A stretch of DNA of 47,167 bases from Thermoplasmata archaeon (GTDB taxonomy: Archaea; Thermoplasmatota; Thermoplasmata; Thermoplasmatales; Thermoplasmataceae), in NCBI GenBank assembly GCA_021826765.1, contig JAKAYK010000001.1, forward strand, positions 1-47,167, given 5' to 3'. Shown here piece after piece: positions 37,178 through 47,167 of the stretch. Below the pieces are notes generated by a model. It saw nothing but the letters and a program-made list of their open reading frames with translations. It had not been told where the DNA came from and did not search any database. The stretch's first letter is position 1, and each line of letters begins with the position of its first letter. A program made the position numbers and the translations under genes.

Positions 37178-39001
37178 ATGATCGCAACAGAAGAAAGGAA
37201 TAAATTCCCACAAATCAGATTTGCATCTGATTTTGAGATAAGTAAAAATGCGCCATTTAAAACGGTTGATGAGTTCGTCGATTCGATGAGCAGTCTCATA
37301 ACGGATGACATGATGGTAATGAGAGTAACAGAGAGCCTTTGCCCTATCTGTGTTGACGATGAGAAATTTGACCAGATGAGAATCCCTGCTATTGTTTATG
37401 AGAATGGCGGAGAAGTCAGATTGATAAAGGAATGCCAGGAACATGGCATTACAAAAGAGAAATACTGGGAAGATTACGAGATGTACCAGGAAGCAAAAAA
37501 ATGGCAGGATGGTGGAATCAAGATCTTAAATCCGCATGTTGCTTATCTGGAGTCCAAGATAGTTTGCCCAACTCACTGTGGTCTTTGCGTTAAACACAAA
37601 TCACACACCGGCCTTGGAAATGTGGTTGTTACAAACAGGTGCGACCTTTCATGCTGGTACTGCTTCTTCTATGCAAAAGAAAACGAACCAATATACGAGC
37701 CATCCCAGGACCAGTTGAGAATGATGCTCAGAAGAATGAGAAATGAAAAACCGGTTGGGGCAAACGCAGTTCAGATTACTGGAGGAGAGCCAACAATCAG
37801 AGACGATATCCTGGACATAATCAAAATAGCAAGAGAGGAAGGATATGAGCACATACAGTTGAACACCAACAGTGTAAGAGCAGCATTTGATCCGGATTTC
37901 CCAAAGAAGATAAGAGAAGCAGGCTCAAATGTCATATACACAAGTTTCGATGGCCCAACACCAAGATCCAACCCGAAGAATTTCTGGGAAGTTCCAGCAG
38001 CTCTTGAGAACTACAAAAACGCACCACTCGGTGTAGTTCTGGTTCCAACAGTCATTGGTGGAATAAATGATATGTACCTTGGAGATATAATAAAGTTTGG
38101 GATAAACAACATTGATTCTGTAAGGGCAGTCAACTTCCAACCTGTAAGTCTTGTGGGCAGAATGCCTGACAGGATGAGGGAAAAACAGAGAGTCACCATA
38201 CCTGGATGCATAAAGAAAATAGAACAGCAGACAGATGGCCTTATTGGAAGAGAGGATTTCTTCACTGTTCCATCCACAACCAAGATATCAAACTTCGTTG
38301 AGCAGCTCAAGGGAAAAGATATGTACAAACTGTCAATACATTTTGCCTGCGGTATGGGAACATACATATTCAAGGAAGAGGACAAGATCACTCCAATAAC
38401 CAGGTTCATAGATGTAAGAGGAATGTTCGAGTATATAGGAGAACTCTCTGATGACATAAAGAACTCAAACATAAAGACTCTGTCCAAGGCAGCATCACTC
38501 ACAAAACTCCTGAAGAACATGAAGAGATTCGTTGATTATGAGAAGGCACCAAAAGACTTCAGCCTCAAGGACATGGTTTACAATGCATTCACAGAGGGAG
38601 ACTATCATGGATTGAAAGCGTTCCATTACAAGAGTATGTTCGTAGGCTTCATGCATTTCATGGATCCTTATACATACGATGTTGACAGGGTTGAGAGATG
38701 CGACATACACTATGCAATGCCTGATGGAAGAGTTGTTCCATTCTGTGCCTTTAATGTCATACCTGAACTTTACAGGGATGCAACACAGAGAAAATACTCC
38801 ATACCAGCAAAAACCTATGAGGAGAAAACTGGCAAGATCCTGAAGAAAGAGAAATACTTCAGGGAATACAACATGGAGGAAAAGAGGGGCATCATAGACT
38901 TCTATGAAAGAAGCATAGGCAGAAAACTCTCTCAGGATGAAATTGGCCTGAACCTGAACGAGTCTATACCGGTAATATCTTCATCAAAACCTGAAGATTA
39001 A
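37178..39001 (+). CDS. tes: Tetraether lipid synthase (Tes/GDGT-MAS, MJ0619 family radical SAM enzyme)
   Basis: N-terminal SLCPIC...KECQEHG, auxiliary CPTHCGLC--H, radical SAM motif TNRCDLSCWYC, GGEPT, H-ACG and C-terminal MHFMDPY-YD--RV-RC-IHYA-PDGR--PFC. Confidence 0.9.
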   Translation: MIATEERNKFPQIRFASDFEISKNAPFKTVDEFVDSMSSLITDDMMVMRVTESLCPICVDDEKFDQMRIPAIVYENGGEVRLIKECQEHGITKEKYWEDYEMYQEAKKWQDGGIKILNPHVAYLESKIVCPTHCGLCVKHKSHTGLGNVVVTNRCDLSCWYCFFYAKENEPIYEPSQDQLRMMLRRMRNEKPVGANAVQITGGEPTIRDDILDIIKIAREEGYEHIQLNTNSVRAAFDPDFPKKIREAGSNVIYTSFDGPTPRSNPKNFWEVPAALENYKNAPLGVVLVPTVIGGINDMYLGDIIKFGINNIDSVRAVNFQPVSLVGRMPDRMREKQRVTIPGCIKKIEQQTDGLIGREDFFTVPSTTKISNFVEQLKGKDMYKLSIHFACGMGTYIFKEEDKITPITRFIDVRGMFEYIGELSDDIKNSNIKTLSKAASLTKLLKNMKRFVDYEKAPKDFSLKDMVYNAFTEGDYHGLKAFHYKSMFVGFMHFMDPYTYDVDRVERCDIHYAMPDGRVVPFCAFNVIPELYRDATQRKYSIPAKTYEEKTGKILKKEKYFREYNMEEKRGIIDFYERSIGRKLSQDEIGLNLNESIPVISSSKPED

Positions 39002-39015
39002 ACCCTCCTTTTTTT

Positions 39016-39417
39016 ATGTTTAAAATTTTAGAACATGGATCAGACGTAATGTTTGAAATCCATTTTAATGATATAAATTCTTTTTTTGAGCAGATGGCAC
39101 TGGCATTTAGAAAAGTTATGGTTGATTTTTCTCCTAAAGGTACTATGATCGTCAAGAACATTACAATAAAAGATAGTGGAGAATACTCAACAAATGCCAT
39201 AAGATATCTGAATGAACTTATCTATACCTTTGATCTTGAATGGCTTATCCCAATAAAATGCATAGAAATTGAAAAGAAGAATGGAAATTTGATAATAACA
39301 ATGTCAATGGAACGGATAAGAGATCCGGGTTCTCTTATAAACATACCAAAAGCTGCAACCTACTCAGGTGGCAGGACGGAAAATGCTTCACCGCTCAGAA
39401 TAATTGTTGATATATAG
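39016..39417 (+). CDS. Archease (SHS2 domain)
   Basis: FKILEH--D N-terminus, LNELIY, KAATY, C-terminal IIVDI. Confidence 0.85.
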   Translation: MFKILEHGSDVMFEIHFNDINSFFEQMALAFRKVMVDFSPKGTMIVKNITIKDSGEYSTNAIRYLNELIYTFDLEWLIPIKCIEIEKKNGNLIITMSMERIRDPGSLINIPKAATYSGGRTENASPLRIIVDI

Positions 39418-39460
39418 AAAAATCACAAATCCTATTATAAAATAAAGTAATGCTGAAGAA

Positions 39461-40444
39461 ATGATAGACTATGGTGCCCTGACAGAGTTTCTTCTTATTC
39501 TTGCAGGAGGCGTTGCTGCTGGAATTATAGGTTCATTGACAGGGCTTGGCGGTGGATCAGTTCTTGTTCCGCTTCTTACGCTATTCTATGGAGTCCCGAT
39601 TGAATATGCAACCGGTGCCAGTCTAATTTCTACCATTGCAACATCTGCTGGTTCTGCAAGTACCTATACAAAAAAGGGAATAGCAAATATCAAGATCGGA
39701 GTAGGGCTTGAGGTAGCCACTACCCTGGGAGCGATCATTGGAGCGCTTACCTTTGAGATCGTCGTAACGCACAGCCTTCAGTATGTACTTTATCTTCTGT
39801 TCGGAGTTGTGATTCTGACATCCATAATACCTACGGTTAAGAGGGGAAAATATGAATACCCCGAAGAAAAAACCCTAGATTTTACCAGCAGAGTATTCCA
39901 ACTTGGCGGTAAATATTATGATGAAAAATCTAAAAAAGAAGTTCACTACACAGGTGTCAGATGGTGGCTCGGAGAAATTATAATGTTTTTTGCAGGGCTT
40001 TTATCTGGACTTCTCGGAATTGGAAGCGGTGCGCTTAAAGTTTTAGGGATGGACTGGGCAATGAATCTTCCTATGAAGGTTACTACCACAACAAGCAACT
40101 TCATGATCGGAATTACTGCTGCGACAGGAAGTAGTATTTACTGGTATGCAGGGTACATACAATTTTTCCTTGCTTCAGCAACTGCCATCGGTGTTCTTGT
40201 TGGCTCTAGAATCGGGTCAGCAGTTCTCCTTAAAATTTCAAACAAGGAAATCAGGTGGATATTCTTCACAGTGCTGAGTTTTCTTGGAGTTGACATGATT
40301 TTCAAAGGAATTACACTTTCTAAAATATATAACATTCCACCCATAGACGGTTTTGGGATTGCAATCACGTTCTCAATCATATTAGTAATACTTCTCTTTA
40401 TCAAATTGTCAATAGCGGAGGGCAAATATGGAAACCTCAGATAA
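39461..40444 (+). CDS. TauE/SafE-family sulfite/organosulfur exporter
   Basis: Duplicated motifs GSLTGLGGG--VP and GLLGIGSG; ATGASL; TTTSNFMIG. Confidence 0.9.
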   Translation: MIDYGALTEFLLILAGGVAAGIIGSLTGLGGGSVLVPLLTLFYGVPIEYATGASLISTIATSAGSASTYTKKGIANIKIGVGLEVATTLGAIIGALTFEIVVTHSLQYVLYLLFGVVILTSIIPTVKRGKYEYPEEKTLDFTSRVFQLGGKYYDEKSKKEVHYTGVRWWLGEIIMFFAGLLSGLLGIGSGALKVLGMDWAMNLPMKVTTTTSNFMIGITAATGSSIYWYAGYIQFFLASATAIGVLVGSRIGSAVLLKISNKEIRWIFFTVLSFLGVDMIFKGITLSKIYNIPPIDGFGIAITFSIILVILLFIKLSIAEGKYGNLR

Positions 40445-40835
40445 ACTGACAGCAGTAGTCAGTGCGATTTTGAAATATGCGATCATATTGAGCATTTCCT
40501 GCATAATTATTGGCACTAGCCTGATGTTCATAAATGGAAATGCAAATGGAATTCCAATTTCCCAGCTCGCAAATTATGAAAATCCAAAAAGCCCTTCATA
40601 CAATTCGTCTTCATTTTCCCCGGTTTTAATTCCTCAGGGCATAGCCCATTTTGATGCACTTGGTTTTATATCTCTAGGACTCTGGGTGCTTATATTCACT
40701 CCCGTTACTGTACTTATTTCATCCTTGGTTGATTATATGTATACAAAAAACAGGTTATATACAATCCTGACGTTCATAGTTCTGTTTAATTTGTTTGCAG
40801 CAATAGTAATAGTGCCTCATTTTGTAACGAATTGA
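40428..40835 (+). CDS. DUF1634-like membrane protein (usual TauE partner)
   Basis: 3 TMs with GL--LI-TP--- motif; overlaps the TauE gene end. Confidence 0.8.
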   Translation: METSDKLTAVVSAILKYAIILSISCIIIGTSLMFINGNANGIPISQLANYENPKSPSYNSSSFSPVLIPQGIAHFDALGFISLGLWVLIFTPVTVLISSLVDYMYTKNRLYTILTFIVLFNLFAAIVIVPHFVTN

Positions 40836-40893
40836 GTATTTCATCGTTACAAAAGAGTTATTAATTTTATAAACATCATGAAAAAGGTGCTCA

Positions 40894-42348
40894 ATGCTGA
40901 GATTCGAAAGAGTTAAAATTAGGGAGGAAGAGCCTGATAACAGGACAAAGAGTTTCACTCTCGAACCTCTGATAGAATACTCAAATGATGAAGCTACCAC
41001 CGAGGCATCAAGATGCATTGGATGTAATATATGCACACAGGCATGCCCTGCAAGCCTCGATATTGGTGGTTACATAAATAGCACTGCCATTGGAGATCCT
41101 GCACAGACGGTCAGGATTGTTTTTGAGAATTTACCATTCCCTGCGATTATTGGAAGAGTCTGTACACATAACTGTGAGGATATCTGTGTCATGTATGATA
41201 CTGGTGGCCCCCTTGCCATACGTCATCTTAAGAGATATGCTGCTGACAAATTCGATGATTATTCAAAGATAATGAATGTGAAGAGAAGAGGTTTCCTGAA
41301 CAGGAAGGTCGCAGTTATAGGATCGGGGCCTGCAGGTATGAGCACTGCCTATTACCTTGCAATACAGGGAGTCAAGGTAACAGTTTTTGAAGCTTTGCCG
41401 GTTACAGGCGGTTTCATGAGAGTAGGGATTCCAAGATACAGGCTTCCTGATGACGTAATAGATAAAGAAATAAGATTCATCCAGTCTCAGGGTGTTGAGG
41501 TGAAATTAAACACAAGAGTTGGAAAAGACGTATTCTTCCCGGATATAATGAATGATTTTGATGCCGTTTTCATTGGGGTTGGAAATCACAGGCCAAGGAT
41601 GACAGGAACCACAGGAAGTGATGCAGAAAACATAATGCATGCCACAGAATTTCTTGGAAAGATTGCACTGGGCGAACATGTGGATGTTGGAAAAAATGTA
41701 ATCGTGATTGGTGGAGGATTCACTGCCAATGATGCTGCAAGAATCTCCATGAGGCTTGGGGCAAATAGTATAAAGATTATGTACAGAAGAAGGGAGACTG
41801 ACAGGCCCGGCTATCCATCCACAAATGCTGATGAGGAAATGGAGGAAACCCTTTCTGAAGGAATTGACTATATGTGGGAAGTTACCCCATTTGAATATGT
41901 TAAGGAAGGAAACAGGATTGTTGCGATAAAGTACTGGAAGAATGAGATGATTTCAGACAGTACGGGAAGATCAAAACCTGTACCCATAAAAGAGAAAACG
42001 TTCACCATGGACATTGATTTTGTCATTGAGGCGACTGGCCAGGAAACTGATTTTTCATTCCTTGGGGAAGACTACGCCAAAAGACTCAAACTGACACCAC
42101 AAGGACATATTATTGTCGATCAGAGTGGTATGACAAGCATTCCAAAACTTTTCTCAGGTGGAGACTCCACCAATATTACAAGAGATCTCATATCCGCTGT
42201 AAGGGATGGCGACACCGCAGTCATTGGTATACTGAACTATCTAAATATAATGGATAAAGTAAATGAGGAATATCTCCCCTTACTGGACAGATGGAAAAAA
42301 TTCTCTCCTATTTCAGCTAAAATGTCATATCCCGATAAAATAAAATAA
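40894..42348 (+). CDS. GltD/SudA-like NAD(P)H-dependent Fe-S flavoprotein
   Basis: EASRC--C---C---CP, IIGRVC---CE--C, FAD motif GSGPAG, GIPRYRLP, NAD(P) motif VIGGG--A-D-AR, MYRR, GGD. Confidence 0.88.
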   Translation: MLRFERVKIREEEPDNRTKSFTLEPLIEYSNDEATTEASRCIGCNICTQACPASLDIGGYINSTAIGDPAQTVRIVFENLPFPAIIGRVCTHNCEDICVMYDTGGPLAIRHLKRYAADKFDDYSKIMNVKRRGFLNRKVAVIGSGPAGMSTAYYLAIQGVKVTVFEALPVTGGFMRVGIPRYRLPDDVIDKEIRFIQSQGVEVKLNTRVGKDVFFPDIMNDFDAVFIGVGNHRPRMTGTTGSDAENIMHATEFLGKIALGEHVDVGKNVIVIGGGFTANDAARISMRLGANSIKIMYRRRETDRPGYPSTNADEEMEETLSEGIDYMWEVTPFEYVKEGNRIVAIKYWKNEMISDSTGRSKPVPIKEKTFTMDIDFVIEATGQETDFSFLGEDYAKRLKLTPQGHIIVDQSGMTSIPKLFSGGDSTNITRDLISAVRDGDTAVIGILNYLNIMDKVNEEYLPLLDRWKKFSPISAKMSYPDKIK

Positions 42349-42352
42349 ATTT

Positions 42353-43684
42353 TTATTCTTTATTTTCTGCATAGATTGTGTCAAATCCAGTATAAGGTAT
42401 CAGAACCTCAGGAATGTGTATCTCATCACCGTCGGTAAAATTCTCCAGTATTGCAACCATCATCCTCTCCGTTGGAATGGCAGTCCCATTCAATGTGTGT
42501 AGGACTGCGTTTCCATCAGGTGTCCTGTACTTTATATTCAGGGATCTGGCCTGATAGTCCAAATCGTTTGAAATGGATGCAAGTTCCCTGAATTTTCCCT
42601 GATTCGGAAACCATCCCTCTATATCGTATTTCTTTGCAGCGAGATTGCCTAACTCTCCAGAACATGTGTTTACGACGCGGTATGGAATTCCGAGATTCTG
42701 AAGGATCAGTTCAGTATTTCCCGCAAGCTCTTCCATGAAATCCCATGAATCCTCTGGCCTGCAAAAGATGAATTGCTCAATTTTCTTGAAATAATGTACC
42801 CTGAATATTCCCTTCGTGTCTTTTCCGTGGGCCCCTGCCTCCTTTCTGTAGCACGGTGAAAATCCACCAATCTTCAATGGAAGTTCTTTGGGATCAAGCG
42901 TTTCATTCATCAGCATTGCAGCTATAGGATGCTCTGAAGTAGATATGAGACACAGGTTCTCCCCATCTATCCTGTAAATTGCATCATCAAATGTTGCCTG
43001 GTCTGTCGCTTTCCACACTACGTCCCCGCTTATCATTGGCGGAGGCTCCATGACTGTAAAACCTCTTTCGGAAAGGAAGTCGATTCCATAGTTTATCAGG
43101 GCAAGCTCCAACTTCAGTAATCTGTTCTTCGTGAAGTAAAAGCGGGCCCCTGATATTTTTGTTGCCCTTTCAAGATCTGCGAGATTGAATTTCTCCATGG
43201 TATCCACATGGCTGACTGTTTTTTCTATCTCTACATATTTTCCAGTTCCTTCCGTTGCATCCAGGTATTCCTTGAGGTCTTCCTTCTTCACTCTTGCTAT
43301 TCCATTTCCCCTGATGAATTTGTTGTTCTCATCACCTTTGTTAACCGGTACAGAATCTTCAATCATATTCGGGATCATGTTTACTATGCGTATCCTCTCG
43401 TTATCTATCTCATTATTTTCCTTTTCAATAATTTCAAGTTTTAGGTTAATATTCTTGACCTGATCTTTCAGTTCCTGTGTGTTTCCACCTGATTTGACCA
43501 TTGAAGATATCTGTAGGCTGATAGTGTTTCTCCTGTTCCTGAGCGAGTTTACCTCTTTTGTATTCTCTCTCCATTTTGCATCAATCTCGATAAATCTGTC
43601 TATTATGCTCGCATCCTGAAATCTTTTTTTCATAGATGTGTAAAAAGTCTCAGGATTCTCCCTCAGGAGTTTTATATCTATCAT
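42353..43684 (-). CDS. serS: Seryl-tRNA synthetase
   Basis: MIDIKLLRENP, N-terminal coiled coil, TSEHP, CYRKEAGAHGKDTKGIFRVH, KKYDIE, HTLNGT. Confidence 0.97.
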   Translation of the reverse strand: MIDIKLLRENPETFYTSMKKRFQDASIIDRFIEIDAKWRENTKEVNSLRNRRNTISLQISSMVKSGGNTQELKDQVKNINLKLEIIEKENNEIDNERIRIVNMIPNMIEDSVPVNKGDENNKFIRGNGIARVKKEDLKEYLDATEGTGKYVEIEKTVSHVDTMEKFNLADLERATKISGARFYFTKNRLLKLELALINYGIDFLSERGFTVMEPPPMISGDVVWKATDQATFDDAIYRIDGENLCLISTSEHPIAAMLMNETLDPKELPLKIGGFSPCYRKEAGAHGKDTKGIFRVHYFKKIEQFIFCRPEDSWDFMEELAGNTELILQNLGIPYRVVNTCSGELGNLAAKKYDIEGWFPNQGKFRELASISNDLDYQARSLNIKYRTPDGNAVLHTLNGTAIPTERMMVAILENFTDGDEIHIPEVLIPYTGFDTIYAENKE

Positions 43685-43746
43685 TTCCTGCAAAATACAA
43701 ATTCAGTATATTAAACTTAAGGGGAAGTTTATAAATTTTTCTTCAG

Positions 43747-44358
43747 TTATAATCTATCGTAATATGCCTCTTTCAGGTATTCAGTTTCCTCATTGTATGA
43801 GTTTATTGATCTGGTTCCCATTGTTCCCCGAGTACCGGAACCTCTTGCCACTTCTGAATAACCGGAAGGGAATGTTGTAAATGGGGGCTGCACAGAAACC
43901 GGTTTCCTGGTTTCCTCATTTATTGTTGATGATACACTTCCTCCAAGCATCGAAGTTGCATTGAATATTACAAGGCTGCTCGGGACAATCAGCGAAAGGG
44001 TTGTGATCTGCCCGTAGAATGTCTCCGTGTAAACTGCAAGATTTGATGCTGCAGCTATGGGTTGAACTGAAAATGCGTAAACACCATCCTTGAGGTAATA
44101 TCCAACAAAACTTGTGGCCTGCACCTGCGTGGCCATCAGATATATGGAAGTGAAAATTATTAGTGATGACATCACCAGGGATACTGTGAGGGCATCCCTG
44201 GTATTTCCTGCTTTTCTTCCTGAAATATATCCCGAATAGAAAGGCCCAATTACCGGAATCCACCACAAAAGGGCCATGCTTACAACGCCATATAGGAATC
44301 CCATCTTAACTGAATAAGTGCTTTCTTTCTCTTTTGTTCGCATAGTGAACGTTTCCAT
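43747..44358 (-). CDS. Hypothetical membrane protein
   Basis: LLWWIPVIGP---GYI-GRKAG motif and 3-4 TMs; start uncertain (44343, 44358 or 44430). Confidence 0.7.
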   Translation of the reverse strand: METFTMRTKEKESTYSVKMGFLYGVVSMALLWWIPVIGPFYSGYISGRKAGNTRDALTVSLVMSSLIIFTSIYLMATQVQATSFVGYYLKDGVYAFSVQPIAAASNLAVYTETFYGQITTLSLIVPSSLVIFNATSMLGGSVSSTINEETRKPVSVQPPFTTFPSGYSEVARGSGTRGTMGTRSINSYNEETEYLKEAYYDRL

Positions 44359-44490
44359 AGGTCTGGAACCGTTTGTTACACTATGTGTCTTACCTTTAAG
44401 AGGGATTTGTACCATAAATGTCATACACATTACGGCTTATAAAGTTTTCGCTAAAATTCAAAAAAGAAATTTGACTGGTGCTCCAGATCA

Positions 44491-45708
44491 TCAAGCACCA
44501 TATTTCTCGAGGCGGTCAACCAGTTGCAGGCTGTAATTCATGGCATCGCCGCTCTCCATTGTAAAACCTGTTCTGGAACAATGCTTTTCATTGAACCCTG
44601 TGGCGCTCTGTTTTCCAATGCCTGCTGTATAGAATACAACCGGTACGGGATCACCTGTGTGCTCACCGGTCATGGACGATGTTGAATGATCCCCTGTAAG
44701 AACTATGAGGCTTTCATCTTCCCTTCCAAGTATCTTTTCCATTGCGGCATCAATCCTCTCCATTGCCTCAAGCTTTCTTTCAGGATTTCTATCATGTGCT
44801 GCTGCATCCGGAGCTTTAATGTTCATGAGTATGAAATCTGTCCTGCCAATGTTTTCTGAAGCTGCAATCAGTTTTCCATTATAATTTGTATTATGGCCCC
44901 CTGTCATGCCTTTTACTGGAATTTCCTTCATCCCAATCATCTTTGCAAGACCCTTTATCATCGGAATCCCGATGATGTATGATCCATTCATCGAATATTT
45001 CTTATGGAAAGGCTCAAGATCCGGTGCCTTTCCTGCTCCTCTCAGAAGAAGTTCATTTGCAGGCATTTTTCCGTCTGCGATCCTCTTTCTGTTGATAGGA
45101 TGCTCATCCAGAATTGTTCTGCTCTTTTCAAGGTATTTTTCAAGGATACGGGTTGTGCTGATTGCGTTCTCATTTTTTGGTTCAGATTTGTGTATTTCCT
45201 TTCCATTCTCATGAGGATCTGTATCTGACACCTCAGGAGAAAGGCCTGGCCCATGCATAACAAGGGCTGCCCTGTGTTCAACTCCGGAGGATACATCAAT
45301 CTTCATTCCATCAACTTCAATACTTATAGCTCTGCTCAGAGGCTCCGTGGATTCCTCAATTCTTCCAGCCCTCCTGTCCAGAACAATCCTGCCTTTCCTC
45401 GTGGAATAATTAGCCCTGAATGCTATATCCCCTGCCATTACATCCATGCCTAGTCCCATTGCCTCAAAGGGGCCCCTTCCAGTATATACTTTCAATGGAT
45501 CATATCCCAGGAGTGACAGATGTGAGGTGTCAGAACCACATACAAGCCCTTGTTTCACGGGGTAAATCATTCCCGCTTTGCCATTCCTTGCCATATAATC
45601 CATATTGGGAGTGTATGCAGCTTCCATTGGAGTCCTGTCTTTCAGTTTGTATGTGGGCCTGTCTCCAAGCCCGTCCATTATAATGAAAACAATGGTTTTT
45701 TTCTCCAT
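44491..45708 (-). CDS. apgM: 2,3-bisphosphoglycerate-independent phosphoglycerate mutase (archaeal type)
   Basis: [51 protein letters not shown]; TGATG coupling with ahcY. Confidence 0.95.
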   Translation of the reverse strand: MEKKTIVFIIMDGLGDRPTYKLKDRTPMEAAYTPNMDYMARNGKAGMIYPVKQGLVCGSDTSHLSLLGYDPLKVYTGRGPFEAMGLGMDVMAGDIAFRANYSTRKGRIVLDRRAGRIEESTEPLSRAISIEVDGMKIDVSSGVEHRAALVMHGPGLSPEVSDTDPHENGKEIHKSEPKNENAISTTRILEKYLEKSRTILDEHPINRKRIADGKMPANELLLRGAGKAPDLEPFHKKYSMNGSYIIGIPMIKGLAKMIGMKEIPVKGMTGGHNTNYNGKLIAASENIGRTDFILMNIKAPDAAAHDRNPERKLEAMERIDAAMEKILGREDESLIVLTGDHSTSSMTGEHTGDPVPVVFYTAGIGKQSATGFNEKHCSRTGFTMESGDAMNYSLQLVDRLEKYGA

Positions 45709-46937
45709 CAAGTACCCTCCAGCCATGAATTCCTGTATTTGATCTGTTCATCTGTTGGGGTGTCTATATCAACACCAAGACTTCTCAACCTCAGTTCAGC
45801 AACATGAATATCAACATCTTCAGGAACAGAATACACAGCAGGTTTCAATTCTTTGTGTTTTTCAACAAGGTATTTTGCTGTGAGTGCCTGGATTGCAAAA
45901 CTCATGTCCATTATTTCAACAGGATGACCCTGTCCAGCTGCCAGATTCACAAGTCTTCCATCAGATATAATATATATTGACCTGCCATCCTTCATAACAT
46001 ATCTTTTCACATAGTCTCTGACCTGCTCAACGGATGTGCTTCCTTTTTCAAGGGAAAGTATGTCAATTTCATTGTCAAAATGACCTGCGTTTGAAAGAAT
46101 TATTCCATCCTTTGCATTCCTCATGCTTTCCAGGGGGATGACAGATTTCACGCCAGTTGCAGTTACTGCCATGTCCGAAATTTTCAGGCTCTCAGCAAGT
46201 GGCATCACAGAATAGCCTTCCATAAGAGCCTCATTTGCCTTTATTGGATCAACTTCTGACACTATGACCCTTGCACCCATTCCCTTCATCCTCATCGCAA
46301 TTCCCTTTCCGCAATATCCAAAGCCTACTACAGTCACATTCTTTCCCGCTATCAGGATATTTGTTGCGTTCATTATTCCGTCAAGAGCACTCTGCCCAGT
46401 ACCGTACCTGTTATCAAAAAGATGTTTCATTGATGCATCGTTTACATCAAACATGGGAAATTTCAACTCTCCGGTTTTCTCCATAACCTTCAGTCTATTA
46501 ACTCCTGTTGTTGTCTCCTCATTTCCACCTATGATGTTTTTCAGAAGATCTTTTCTCTCTGTGTGCAGTATCTTCACCAGATCTCCCCCATCATCCACAA
46601 TAACATCAGGTTCTGAATCTATAACCCTGTAAAGATATTCATAATATTCCTTCTCCGTTTCCCCTTTCTTTGCGTGTACATCCATGCCGTAGTCATCCTT
46701 CAGGGACTTTACAACTGAGTCATCCGTGCTCAAAGGGTTGCATGATGCCATATGGACCTCTGCCCCTCCTTCTTTGAGAAGAAGGGCAAAAACTCCAGTC
46801 TTTGCCTCGACATGAAGTGCCATGCCTATCCTTATGCCTTTCAATGGTTTTTCTTTCAAAAACGTCTCCCTGATGTTTGCACTTACTGGCATGTGGGATC
46901 TCGCCCAATCCAATCGTAGATATCCGGTATTTTTCAT
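45708..46937 (-). CDS. ahcY: Adenosylhomocysteinase
   Basis: LHVEAKT, CNPLST, DDGGD, EETTTG, KHLFDNRYGTGQS, GFGYCGKG, GRLVNL---GHP---MD-SFA. Confidence 0.97.
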   Translation of the reverse strand: MKNTGYLRLDWARSHMPVSANIRETFLKEKPLKGIRIGMALHVEAKTGVFALLLKEGGAEVHMASCNPLSTDDSVVKSLKDDYGMDVHAKKGETEKEYYEYLYRVIDSEPDVIVDDGGDLVKILHTERKDLLKNIIGGNEETTTGVNRLKVMEKTGELKFPMFDVNDASMKHLFDNRYGTGQSALDGIMNATNILIAGKNVTVVGFGYCGKGIAMRMKGMGARVIVSEVDPIKANEALMEGYSVMPLAESLKISDMAVTATGVKSVIPLESMRNAKDGIILSNAGHFDNEIDILSLEKGSTSVEQVRDYVKRYVMKDGRSIYIISDGRLVNLAAGQGHPVEIMDMSFAIQALTAKYLVEKHKELKPAVYSVPEDVDIHVAELRLRSLGVDIDTPTDEQIKYRNSWLEGT

Positions 46938-47167
46938 AATGCTTCACCTATTTTTTCGGGATTCAACCTAAGAAGAATGCCTTTGTCCATAATCTCTGCA
47001 TTAACTATAATCTCTTTTATCCGTTTTGAATTGTCAAGCATCTTTATTCCTCCTTCTTCGATGAAAATATTCCCTATGAACAAATACATTTCATCTACCA
47101 ATCTATTTCTGAGAAAATTCATGGCAGTCTTCTTCCCTCCTTCCAGAAGTATCCTCCTGATTCCCAT
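46934..47167 (-). CDS. RibD C-terminal-domain reductase (riboflavin pyrimidine reductase-like), probably 5'-truncated by the window edge
   Basis: GIRRILLEGG---F----LVDE--LFI motif; the ORF runs to the window end. Confidence 0.8.
   Translation of the reverse strand: MGIRRILLEGGKKTAMNFLRNRLVDEMYLFIGNIFIEEGGIKMLDNSKRIKEIIVNAEIMDKGILLRLNPEKIGEAL

Noticed and set aside
37178-39001. MoaA/PqqE-type annotation of the radical SAM protein
   Set aside because: The N-terminal metal sites and C-terminal MHFMD...RC-IHY...PFC motifs are those of the Tes/MJ0619 family.
1-47167. Many short antisense or alternate-frame ORFs in the track (e.g. 818-1141, 1583-1999, 9035-9526, 23127-23588, 38011-38520)
   Set aside because: They lie almost entirely within well-supported genes and lack motifs; treated as shadow ORFs.
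1-47167. CRISPR arrays, tRNA or rRNA genes, integrases, defence systems
   Set aside because: No regularly spaced repeats, cloverleaf or rRNA signatures, or such protein motifs were seen by eye; tRNAscan-SE, Infernal and CRISPR finders were not run.

Overview
Archaeal chromosomal segment, most consistent with an acidophilic Thermoplasmatales organism (AglB, tetraether lipid synthase, aMBF1, archaeal uS15, TPP riboswitch, Thermoplasma-type glyceraldehyde dehydrogenase). All family calls come from motif recognition by eye; no database searches were run. About 41 protein genes are supported, mostly housekeeping or metabolic. The most notable feature is a compact operon at about 831-3805: a Vps4/CdvC-like MIT-AAA ATPase flanked by three small helical proteins with ESCRT-III (Snf7/CHMP)-like features. 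It has no recognisable CdvA and is bracketed by an Hsp20 and small membrane proteins, so it is a candidate divergent ESCRT membrane-remodelling system. Other highlights are a TPP riboswitch overlapping the ribosome-binding site of an MFS/AIR-synthase-like/thiE operon, a B-type heme-copper oxidase operon with its own blue-copper protein, a 2098-aa AglB, and a repeated 19-bp palindromic operator plus possible IS200/IS605 relics upstream of tes. No CRISPR array, tRNA or rRNA was seen.
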